Shown here: piece by piece, positions 1-6,719 of the stretch
Position numbering within the stretch: position 1 is the first letter of the stretch
Layout of the letters: each line of letters starts with the position of its first letter
Source: Acaryochloris marina MBIC11017
Lineage (GTDB): Bacteria > Cyanobacteriota > Cyanobacteriia > Thermosynechococcales > Thermosynechococcaceae
Assembly: GCF_000018105.1 (NCBI RefSeq)
Contig: NC_009928.1
Location: 1-32,000 of the forward strand
DNA: 32,000 nucleotides
Direction: 5' to 3'
Program-made: the position numbers and the translations under genes
Notes under the pieces: model-generated
The model's input: only the letters and a program-made list of their open reading frames with translations
Databases searched by the model: none
Told to the model about the DNA's origin: nothing

Positions 1-323
1 ATCGGTCCCCTGATGTGGCCTGGGTAGAAAAGTCCCGCTGGGATGCCCTCACACCAGAACAACAGCGCAAATTCCCGCCAATCTGCCCTGACTTCGTACT
101 GGAATTGCTCTCACCCAGCGATAACCTCACCGCCACTCAGCGAAAAATGCAGGAGTATCTAACCAGTGGAATACGACTAGGATGGCTTATCAACCCAGAA
201 GACAAACAGGTGGAGATTTATCGACCAGGGCAGGAAGTCGAAGTACTACAATCTCCCAGCTCGGTTTCTGGAGAAGAGGTGCTGCTAGAGTTTAGCCTCA
301 ATCTGGAGTGGATTTGGAGGTAG
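1..323 (+). CDS. Uma2-family (DUF820) endonuclease, 3' part; the 5' end lies left of the window
   Basis: The frame is open from nt 3, with no in-frame stop before the track's GTG at 15. The translation has the family-typical acidic motif PDFVLELLSPSD and the tail GWLINPEDKQVEIYR. Stop at 321-323. Confidence 0.7.
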   Translation, partial: RSPDVAWVEKSRWDALTPEQQRKFPPICPDFVLELLSPSDNLTATQRKMQEYLTSGIRLGWLINPEDKQVEIYRPGQEVEVLQSPSSVSGEEVLLEFSLNLEWIWR

Positions 324-355
324 CTTGTATTGAAGGAGGCAGGATTTTCGGAAAA

Positions 356-409
356 TTCGCGATCGCGTGAAGGCCATCCCAAACTGGCGAAAGATGCTGC
401 GATCGCGAA
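356..409. repeat. Pair of HIP1 octamers extended to an 11-nt perfect inverted repeat (TTCGCGATCGC / GCGATCGCGAA)
   Basis: GCGATCGC occurs at 359-366 and 399-406. The flanking TTC/GAA extends the complementarity to 356-366 versus 399-409, with a 32-nt spacer. It lies between convergent genes. Confidence 0.6.
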
Positions 410-448
410 GCCGTACCTTGTCGCAATGACAGCAGGACTCCAAGAAAT

Positions 449-469
449 GGCTACGGAGACTCTGTAGCC
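449..469 (-). terminator. Candidate intrinsic terminator for the leftward gene block
   Basis: GGCTAC-N9-GTAGCC stem. On the minus strand it is followed by ATTTCTT. It sits just downstream of the stop of the 475..1260 CDS. Confidence 0.4.
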
Positions 470-474
470 TGTGC

Positions 475-1260
475 TCAGATAAAGTCTTCCCAACGGTCTA
501 TGGCTTCTTCCTCCATAGCAGCAATAAAATCAGCCACATTCGATCCATAAATCCCCCAGCTGTTGACCCCGCCAATTTCCACAAGCTTAGGTTCGCCAGC
601 ATGTATCCCAATGTCAATAGTCAGCATATTCATACCAGTTACGCCCAAGGCTTGTGCAACACTCTCGGCAACGGATCTTATCTCCTGAGGCACTTCAGAG
701 TATGGCTCGTCTGGATACGAGCTGCCGCAAAAGAATATGCCGTTTCGGCAAAAGCAACGGTATTCAGTCTCAAATGAAACCACTTCAGAGACTACAGCTA
801 GCTCATTTTGATGATGTGAGTAGGTCTTTACCCAATGTGGAAGCTCTTGGGTTTTTAAGACCTCCGCGGGGAAAAGCTTGTAATTGGTATCGGAACGGAC
901 AAAAATATTATCTCCGAACATCCTTTGAAGGGGTAAATTGGGTAGTGCTCCAAATGGTGCAAATAGGAAAGCACGTCCTAAAAAAGGATAGATGTAAGAA
1001 TAGTATTTAGAGCACCTTAGACTCGAATAATCGTCAAAAATAGCTGTACTGAGAGGTGGATGCCTGAGCAAGCGGGTCATAGCAAACATCGTCCCGTAGC
1101 CCACAATCCAATCTTCAGTATCTGGCCATCTACCTAACATTACATCGTCCCGATCGATGACGATGGGCTCTATTTTCTTATGTTGTCTTAAATATTCTGC
1201 AACTATCTCCGATGCTGGGAACTCTGGGTGCAAGTCTATCAGCCAGCGCAAAGTCTTCAT
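475..1260 (-). CDS. ATP-grasp domain protein, R2K-like (DUF4343-type) amidoligase candidate
   Basis: 261 aa from the ATG at 1260; the track ORF starts 5 codons earlier at a TTG. The C-terminal half has the ATP-grasp-like pattern FVRSDTNYKLFPAEV ... ETEYRCFCRNG ... LTIDIG...PKLVEIGGVNSWGIYG. The family assignment is from motif memory only. Confidence 0.5.
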   Translation of the reverse strand: MKTLRWLIDLHPEFPASEIVAEYLRQHKKIEPIVIDRDDVMLGRWPDTEDWIVGYGTMFAMTRLLRHPPLSTAIFDDYSSLRCSKYYSYIYPFLGRAFLFAPFGALPNLPLQRMFGDNIFVRSDTNYKLFPAEVLKTQELPHWVKTYSHHQNELAVVSEVVSFETEYRCFCRNGIFFCGSSYPDEPYSEVPQEIRSVAESVAQALGVTGMNMLTIDIGIHAGEPKLVEIGGVNSWGIYGSNVADFIAAMEEEAIDRWEDFI

Positions 1261-1456
1261 GACGCAAAATTCCAAGAGAAGCCAAGTTGATTTCTATACA
1301 AAGATGACTTTTGATCATCGAGCAGCAAAAATTTGATTAATCCACATGAGGCTGTCACATCCATACGGCATAGCCTAACTACGGGATTTTAGAGAGGCAA
1401 AGCCTAACGCCTCGCGTCAACAGTGCGGCTTTAACACGTCCAGCTGCGTGCGCATG

Positions 1457-1954
1457 TTAGGTGGCGTCAAATCTTTGCTTAATGGTCTGGTATGTGTCCA
1501 CATTGGTGTTAATCTTCGACCCTTGAAAAACAATAACCTCTCTGGCGCCAGCACCCAATGCTAGCTCTCTTAACACTCTCTCCTCAATTTCCGTAAGCCC
1601 ACCTTCATTCTTCTCCAGTTGATGAATTATTACTCTAGGAGAAGTTATGAGCCGATTTCTCAGAAGTTTCCGGATCAAATATTGCAGTATTTTTTCAGCA
1701 TATGTGAAGTTTGCGACGAAAGAGCGGGAATGATCAAAGGGATTTATGAGTTGCAGCCCAGGCTTACTCATGTTTTGACATTCGGCGCCAACACCCTCAA
1801 CCGTCAATTTATTTTTTTCTCCGCTTACGGCGATTAATGGTTTGTCTTTTACAGTGGCCCCACTTGTAAACGAGGTGATGCTTACTTCAGATTTGGTAAG
1901 TTCAATGAGGAGATCTTCTGAAAAAATGCCCATTAGTCTTTGAACCAAGTTCAC
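1457..1954 (-). CDS. MreB-like protein consisting only of the N-terminal (subdomain I) half of the actin fold
   Basis: The 165-aa ORF is colinear with the first ~150 aa of MreB. GIFSEDLLIELTKSEV matches GMFSNDLSIDLGTANT, and SPRVIIHQL...EERVLRELALGAGAREVIVFQG matches SPRVLVCVP...[23 protein letters not shown]. It ends shortly afterwards. The start could be GTG 1954 or ATG 1933. Confidence 0.6.
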   Translation of the reverse strand: MNLVQRLMGIFSEDLLIELTKSEVSITSFTSGATVKDKPLIAVSGEKNKLTVEGVGAECQNMSKPGLQLINPFDHSRSFVANFTYAEKILQYLIRKLLRNRLITSPRVIIHQLEKNEGGLTEIEERVLRELALGAGAREVIVFQGSKINTNVDTYQTIKQRFDAT

Positions 1955-1970
1955 TGAGTCACCTAACTAT

Positions 1971-2029
1971 GGTTATACGACTACGAGGATAAAAGTGCAT
2001 TGTTTCTGACAACCCTACCGGTTATACGA
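1971..2029. repeat. Two copies of GGTTATACGA, 49 nt apart, in the 110-nt gap upstream of the MreB-like gene
   Basis: Exact 10-mers at 1971-1980 and 2020-2029. A repeat this long is unlikely by chance within such a short intergenic tract. Confidence 0.5.
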
Positions 2030-2146
2030 GTGGCTCCATGCCTTGAGCTTGATTAGCCGATTGTTAGACACAATACTCTTCAAGCTTTAATGCCTTTGGG
2101 AAAGTGACCAAATAGGAGCCTAGCGATAATGTCTCATCGCAATCAT

Positions 2147-2443
2147 TTAATTCTGGAATGTACACCTGCACTCCCGTCCTCGCAACGTATTCATAGTTGG
2201 CAACTTCTTCAGTAACTCCTGAGTCGGTTGGATTCCTAGATCCAGAGCACATTTCGGGCATAGCCATTTGAAATTTGTCTGAATGGAATTGCCCGTGGGA
2301 AAGGCTGCGATCGCAACCCTGAATTCACGACATTTACAACAGTGGTTCAAGTGAGGCGTTTTCAGCAGATAGACCCCTGCCTTCTTCTGCACCTCCAAAT
2401 CTCTTAGCTTGATCCGGGTCAGCCTTCTAACTTTGGTTGGCAT
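2147..2443 (-). CDS. Hypothetical Zn-ribbon protein (CCKC...CPKC); the 3' end is uncertain because a second frame is open
   Basis: MPTKVRRLTRIK... starts from the ATG at 2443. It has two Cys pairs (HCCKC, CPKC). Track ORF 2064..2267 overlaps its 3' third in another frame and reads as more protein-like. Confidence 0.4.
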   Translation of the reverse strand: MPTKVRRLTRIKLRDLEVQKKAGVYLLKTPHLNHCCKCREFRVAIAAFPTGNSIQTNFKWLCPKCALDLGIQPTQELLKKLPTMNTLRGRECRCTFQN

Positions 2444-2488
2444 GGTAAATTCCTCATTGAGAAACGGAAGCATTGCTGCTTCAATTGA

Positions 2489-2650
2489 GGGCGATTCCCT
2501 TAACCAGGAGTCGCCCGTTTACTGAATCTTTTTGCTCGGCAGCAAAAGATTTATAAACATCAAAAGGATTATTTTGCTGCCGTGATAAATTCTGAGGCGA
2601 TTGTGATTGGCAATCTCACTAGGGGCGGCACACTACACTCCTGGTCGCCC
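2489..2650 (-). other. Highly structured intergenic tract with mutually exclusive stems
   Basis: GGGCGA-N16-TCGCCC spans 2489-2516. TTTTGCT-cggc-AGCAAAA (2530-2547) competes with a 10-bp perfect pairing of GGCAGCAAAA (2538-2547) with TTTTGCTGCC (2572-2581). GGGCG-N18-CGCCC spans 2623-2650. Confidence 0.4.
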
Positions 2651-2685
2651 TTTCCCCATCCTCAACTTCCTACCAGACATTCATC

Positions 2686-3132
2686 TCAAATCCCAAACTT
2701 CTTCTGAGCAGCAATGAACAAAGTGCTGGCCGCACACTTGACGGTCTCTTCACTTGCTTCGTGCTTCTCTAGCTCTCTAGATGCTTCTTGATAACAGAAG
2801 GAATACAGGGCTGCTCGATGAGTGATGTAACTGGCAATCGCATTCTTGACCTCTCCATTCAGCTCCCCATCATCCAGGGGCGCACCCTCATCCACTGGGG
2901 ATTGACCTGGAACCGGGGCTTGCTCGACCAGGCTGTACTTGCCTTTGCCATCTTTGGCAATCTGGATGGTTTGGCCTCTACGGAGAGCGAGCAAAGCTGC
3001 ATCGCCAGGTGGTCCCCATAACTTAGCCTCTTCACCATTCGCTACCTTGATTTTGGCGTTAAGGCGTGGGCCATACTGGGTATCCCATTCTTTGGCCGGG
3101 AAAAGGACTTGGGCGGTTAATACTTGGGTCAT
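2686..3132 (-). CDS. Hypothetical protein, 148 aa
   Basis: The ATG at 3132 is preceded by AAGGAGGA, a strong SD. The track ORF extends upstream to 3231 without an SD. No family recognised. Confidence 0.6.
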   Translation of the reverse strand: MTQVLTAQVLFPAKEWDTQYGPRLNAKIKVANGEEAKLWGPPGDAALLALRRGQTIQIAKDGKGKYSLVEQAPVPGQSPVDEGAPLDDGELNGEVKNAIASYITHRAALYSFCYQEASRELEKHEASEETVKCAASTLFIAAQKKFGI

Positions 3133-3292
3133 CGGTGTCCTCCTTGCAATGCGTCCACCATGAGCAAAGTTGGGGGAGTGGAAACGGGCATACGATTCTT
3201 CTCCAGTAGATACGCGAAACCCCCGACACATGGGCCAGGGGTGCTTTTGGGATATGAGTTTTAGTGGGAGATGGAGGGAGGAGGAAAGGATA

Positions 3293-3634
3293 TCAATCAG
3301 ATATGTTCGCTATTTTCTTCCACATCACCTGATAGCGAACAAATTCTTCCTCCTCATAGGTAGCTAGATATCCTTTCTCTGCATCAACTATCTCCAGGCT
3401 ATGGACAGTCAGATATCGTTGGTCTTTTTTGGAGTGTATGTCTAACGTGTTCAAGTCTAAATCCAATTCATGAGGGTGGAAGTAAAGGAGAAGGGTATCC
3501 TTTTTGACCAGCTTGCAAGCAATTGGGATTTCGATCATTTGCTCCGATGCAAACTCCTCACCAGTAAAAGCTATTTCTAGGATATCGCCAACATTGAGCT
3601 GGATGGAGAGTACTTCTAGGAGTTGAACATCCAT
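3293..3634 (-). CDS. Hypothetical acidic protein, 113 aa
   Basis: ATG at 3634 with GGAG 8 nt upstream. Co-directional with its neighbours. No family recognised. Confidence 0.55.
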   Translation of the reverse strand: MDVQLLEVLSIQLNVGDILEIAFTGEEFASEQMIEIPIACKLVKKDTLLLYFHPHELDLDLNTLDIHSKKDQRYLTVHSLEIVDAEKGYLATYEEEEFVRYQVMWKKIANISD

Positions 3635-3676
3635 GAGAAAATCTCCTGAAATACTTGATATATCACAACCTCTACA

Positions 3677-3832
3677 TCAAACCTTACACCAGTAAACCAA
3701 CTGCACACCCATCGAAGCAACGTATTCTCGGATGACCGATCCAAGGCTTTCTTGAGTTTGGGTCATCTGGATATCGACCATTAGAAATGAGCGGCCATTC
3801 CAAACTAAGAGCTTAGCAACGTGAAATTTCAT
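3677..3832 (-). CDS. Possible small ORF, 51 aa (MKFHVAKLLVWNGRSFLMVDIQ...), below the track cutoff
   Basis: My own translation of the minus strand gives ATG 3832-3830 and TGA 3679-3677. It fills an otherwise empty 385-nt gap. There is no clear SD. Confidence 0.25.
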   Translation of the reverse strand: MKFHVAKLLVWNGRSFLMVDIQMTQTQESLGSVIREYVASMGVQLVYWCKV

Positions 3833-3858
3833 GGTTGGACTCTGGGTAATCTGAAGAA

Positions 3859-3887
3859 GGCACCCTAGTGGGGGATACTAGGGTGCC
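3859..3887 (-). terminator. Candidate intrinsic terminator downstream of the methyltransferase gene
   Basis: Perfect 11-bp stem GGCACCCTAGT / ACTAGGGTGCC with a 7-nt loop. On the minus strand it is followed by TTCTTC. Confidence 0.5.
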
Positions 3888-4019
3888 AAATATGAAAGAT
3901 AAGAAATAAAAGAGAAAGGTTTGGGGAAGGGGGAAGCAGACATTCGGCTTCAACACTTTGAGATCTTCCGCCAGCGATTCAGAAGGAAATACATAAATGC
4001 TTAACTTAAGAAACTTGAA

Positions 4020-4778
4020 TTACTTCCTACACACGCAATAAAGCTGATTCCCCAAAGATAATTGAGCTAACTCTGTCGGAGTATCACTAGTTTTTCGGCA
4101 GTCTACTTGATGATTGGTTCCCATTGCAATTACTTCAAAATTCAGTTCTGTCAAAGCTCGGTAAAACTCTTCCATCTTGTACCAATACATATAGGGAGGG
4201 GCATCTAGTAAGGCTGAATAGTTGTTCTGGCGTTGGATTTGTAACGAGGGTAAATACTGAATTGAGCGTTGAGAGAAACGCAACACTCTTAATAGACGGA
4301 TGTACTGAATAAATAGGGAGTAGGCTAAACTTTTCAATCGTGCATCGAATAGTAGGACAGAAAATATTGCGATTCCACCTACTTTGAGAATCCGGTAAGC
4401 CTCCTGAAGTACTTTGAGGCGTTCAGTGTCACTATCGGGATAGCAAACGACTTGCTGTAAATAAATAGCGTTATCAAAAAAACAATCTTGATAATTTAAC
4501 TGGCTAGCATTCTGAGCAGTAAAGATAATTTGCTGAGTTTGATCATTTTTTGTTGCAGCATCAATAAAATCAGTCAAGTAATCAAATCCATAGAGATGCT
4601 TAAAGCCAAGATTTTGCATCGCCAGCAAAATCCGGCCACCACCTGTACCAGCCTCAACCGTTTTCCCTGATTTATCTAAATAAGTTTCAATAAGATATTT
4701 CTCACTATCTTGTAGTCCCTGCTGATAAGCCCATTCTTCAAACTCCATATGTGCATGGATTTCTTGAAAATTAGCCAT
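4020..4778 (-). CDS. Class I SAM-dependent methyltransferase (small-molecule/Methyltransf_11-25 type)
   Basis: Motif I is VEAGTGGGRILL, followed by an acidic post-I residue (YGFDY) and the RILKVGGIAIF motif. The likely start is ATG 4778 (MANFQE...); the track ORF starts at TTG 4808. Confidence 0.8.
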   Translation of the reverse strand: MANFQEIHAHMEFEEWAYQQGLQDSEKYLIETYLDKSGKTVEAGTGGGRILLAMQNLGFKHLYGFDYLTDFIDAATKNDQTQQIIFTAQNASQLNYQDCFFDNAIYLQQVVCYPDSDTERLKVLQEAYRILKVGGIAIFSVLLFDARLKSLAYSLFIQYIRLLRVLRFSQRSIQYLPSLQIQRQNNYSALLDAPPYMYWYKMEEFYRALTELNFEVIAMGTNHQVDCRKTSDTPTELAQLSLGNQLYCVCRK

Positions 4779-4852
4779 CCATTTACTACCTTCAAGTTGA
4801 TTTTGCAAGACTGAAGACTTTATAAGCCATCAAAGACAGCATGTCTAGAAGA

Positions 4853-5197
4853 CTAATACTCGCTGGAGTGCATGAGGGTTAGAACCCTGGTTGTAATCGT
4901 CAAATCCTCTGGGTCTTCCGAACCATGAATCATATCCGGGGCATAGTAATCAATCTTGAAGTTAAAGACTTCGCCCTTAAATTTGATGAACCCAAAATCA
5001 CGCTCTCCCCTTGGGTCATTATCCTCAGTAAATTCATCGAACGTGCGAACAAGTCGGAAGAGTTCTTGCTGATCTTCGGAGGAAAGGGCGTCAACCCCAG
5101 GGGTCGTGAAGATTCGACCGAGAGAATGATTGCCTTGGCGAAATTCGTCATTGAGTTGGGCGATGGTGGATGCGTAGGTCGCTTCGATAGTTGCCAT
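4853..5197 (-). CDS. DUF3768-family protein
   Basis: The pattern FTEDNDPRGERDFGFIKFKGEVFNFKIDYY...GSEDPEDLTITTRVLTLMHSSEY matches the DUF3768 consensus as I remember it. GAGGA lies upstream of the ATG. Confidence 0.7.
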   Translation of the reverse strand: MATIEATYASTIAQLNDEFRQGNHSLGRIFTTPGVDALSSEDQQELFRLVRTFDEFTEDNDPRGERDFGFIKFKGEVFNFKIDYYAPDMIHGSEDPEDLTITTRVLTLMHSSEY

Positions 5198-5262
5198 GAT
5201 GTTGAGTCCTCTGATTGTTCCTGAAACGAGGCAGGGGCAGGGGTGCCCCTGTGGTGGACGGT

Positions 5263-5556
5263 CTAAAACTCGTCTTCGTACTGAGATTCAGCCCGAAGTT
5301 GTCGGAGTGAGGGGATAGTTTCCCAGTCTGCAAGTCGGGCAGACACGCCGAATCGCTTCAAGACCCAATCTCGGAGCCGATCACCAACTGAACCAACACG
5401 GTTCTTGATGATGATGTAATACTCTTCCAAGGCTCCCCCTTCCCGGACACCAGGCCAAAACTCGACCTGGGCGTACAGCAAGAAATATTCAGGGTGAAGC
5501 GGATCTGTGACTCGTTCGTCGATCCACTGCTCCATTTGCGTTAGAGTAGTGTTCAT
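5263..5556 (-). CDS. Hypothetical protein, 97 aa; first gene of the leftward block
   Basis: ATG at 5556 with AGAGGT upstream. No family recognised. Confidence 0.55.
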   Translation of the reverse strand: MNTTLTQMEQWIDERVTDPLHPEYFLLYAQVEFWPGVREGGALEEYYIIIKNRVGSVGDRLRDWVLKRFGVSARLADWETIPSLRQLRAESQYEDEF

Positions 5557-5587
5557 CTGTATTACCTCTGGTAATTGGTTTACAGAA

Positions 5588-5626
5588 AGAGCCGCTGGTG
5601 TTCCTGCTAAGAAAAGCAGCGGCTCT
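5588..5626. other. 10-bp perfect stem-loop (AGAGCCGCTG-N19-CAGCGGCTCT) in the presumed 5' leader of the leftward block
   Basis: Arms at 5588-5597 and 5617-5626. A second small hairpin, ATTACC-tct-GGTAAT (5561-5575), covers the SD of the 97-aa gene. Confidence 0.4.
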
Positions 5627-5779
5627 GTTTAATGGACTGTTTTTGAAATCGTTTCAGTTTTAAGCCTTGATGGGCATCGGGCTATCCCCGGTGGCTGCGG
5701 TATTAGCAGTTTGACCAGCACTCAGCAGAACTCGCTTATTTAGTTAGCTTGCAACCCTGGATTTTTGTTTACTGGAGAA

Positions 5780-5908
5780 GCCGTTTGCTTTCCTCATCCA
5801 TGTATTTATAATATCAAACTCATTTATATAAATCAAATTTATTTTTAGTTTGCCCTTTTATTTGGAAAAAGCTAAGCTATTCGGTAGTTCCGTAAATAGG
5901 GAGGCTAT
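5780..5908. promoter_or_regulatory. AT-rich divergent promoter/operator region between the leftward block and the XRE/rep module
   Basis: TATAAT at 5807-5812 on the plus strand overlaps TATTAT on the minus strand (5813-5808), which has TTGATT 17 nt upstream. ATTTATATAAAT at 5822-5833 is a perfect 12-bp palindrome. GGGAGG is the SD before the ATG at 5909. Confidence 0.4.
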
Positions 5909-6154
5909 ATGCTGACTCTGTTGGAGTTGGTCGAGAATTTGGAACTCAGTTTCAGTCAATGGTTTTTGCTAATGCGTCGGAAGCAGGGGTTAACTCAGGA
6001 CGATATAGCTGAAGCACTTGGCATTAGCGGTCAGTCAGTTAGTAATTGGGAGAGAGGCCGTTCTATTCCAACACTGACGATTGATCAGGTAAAAACCTTA
6101 TGCAAAATCCTCGACTGTACCCTTAATGACATCCCTAGTTCTGATACTGAATGA
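5909..6154 (+). CDS. XRE-family helix-turn-helix transcriptional regulator
   Basis: LTQDDIAEALGISGQSVSNWERGRSIP is a canonical HTH_3 signature. Strong SD. 81 aa. Confidence 0.85.
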   Translation: MLTLLELVENLELSFSQWFLLMRRKQGLTQDDIAEALGISGQSVSNWERGRSIPTLTIDQVKTLCKILDCTLNDIPSSDTE

Positions 6155-6537
6155 CAAGACTTCGTAGTTAATTACACTAGCTGGCAGACATTCAATGACG
6201 TGATGAATAAAGGGTGTAAATATGGATAATCGCACTACATATCGAACACACGTAGGCAATGAAATAGACTCAGAAAAATGTTCAGGTAGAAAGAAGTGGC
6301 ACCTAAATATTTTTAGGAAAGAAATAGTTCATTTTTTTCTACATGCCTAATGAATCTAAGCCAACCTAGTCTCTGAATTCTTGCGTTCTATTCAAAACAG
6401 TTGACCAGATCAACGATCGCAGCCTTTACTAGATCAATCTATTCTGGGTCATTGTGCCCAAAATCTATACATAATTGGCAGAGTCAAACCACTGCCAGAC
6501 TATAAGGAGGTGAGAAGGATGTAAACACATTAAACGC

Positions 6538-6572
6538 AAAAAACCCCGACTGGTCGAAGAGTCAGGGCTTTT
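6538..6572. terminator. Bidirectional intrinsic terminator in the rep leader, stronger on the minus strand
   Basis: A6 (6538-6543), then stem CCCCGACT / AGTCAGGG (6544-6551 / 6560-6567; one C-A mismatch, 8-nt loop), then CTTTT (6568-6572). The minus strand reads hairpin + TTTTTT. Confidence 0.6.
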
Positions 6573-6658
6573 AAGCGTTCAAGCACTTCCAATATTTCAG
6601 GGGACTTGAACCAAATGCTATTTTTCCAGAGCATAGTTTGGGCCTCCGAAGGAGCCTT
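6538..6658 (-). ncRNA. Hypothetical ~120-nt small RNA ending at the terminator above
   Basis: Minus-strand TTGACC (6693-6688), a 17-nt spacer, then TAGGAT (6670-6665). Internal stems GTTCAAG...CTTGAAC and GGCTCC-TTC-GGAGGCC, plus the T6 terminator. This is purely sequence-based, with no expression data. Confidence 0.2.
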
Positions 6659-6719
6659 GCGTCTATCCTAAGCGATACATATGCAGCGGTCAAGATTGTA
6701 ATGCGCATTTTTTGGCCAA

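Noticed and set aside
218-1010. ORFs 218..493 (minus) and 654..1010 (plus)
   Set aside because: The first overlaps the Uma2 3' end and the HIP1-containing spacer. The second is antisense to the ATP-grasp gene. Neither has an SD or a recognisable motif.
1336-1346. TTAATCCACA, a one-mismatch DnaA-box-like sequence
   Set aside because: It is a single copy between two accessory genes, with no cluster of boxes and no AT-rich unwinding element nearby.
6503-6513. TCACCTCCTTA on the minus strand, identical to the 16S rRNA 3' terminus
   Set aside because: The match is only 11 nt, with no surrounding rRNA-like sequence. I interpret it as a perfect Shine-Dalgarno on the plus strand and not as an rRNA fragment.
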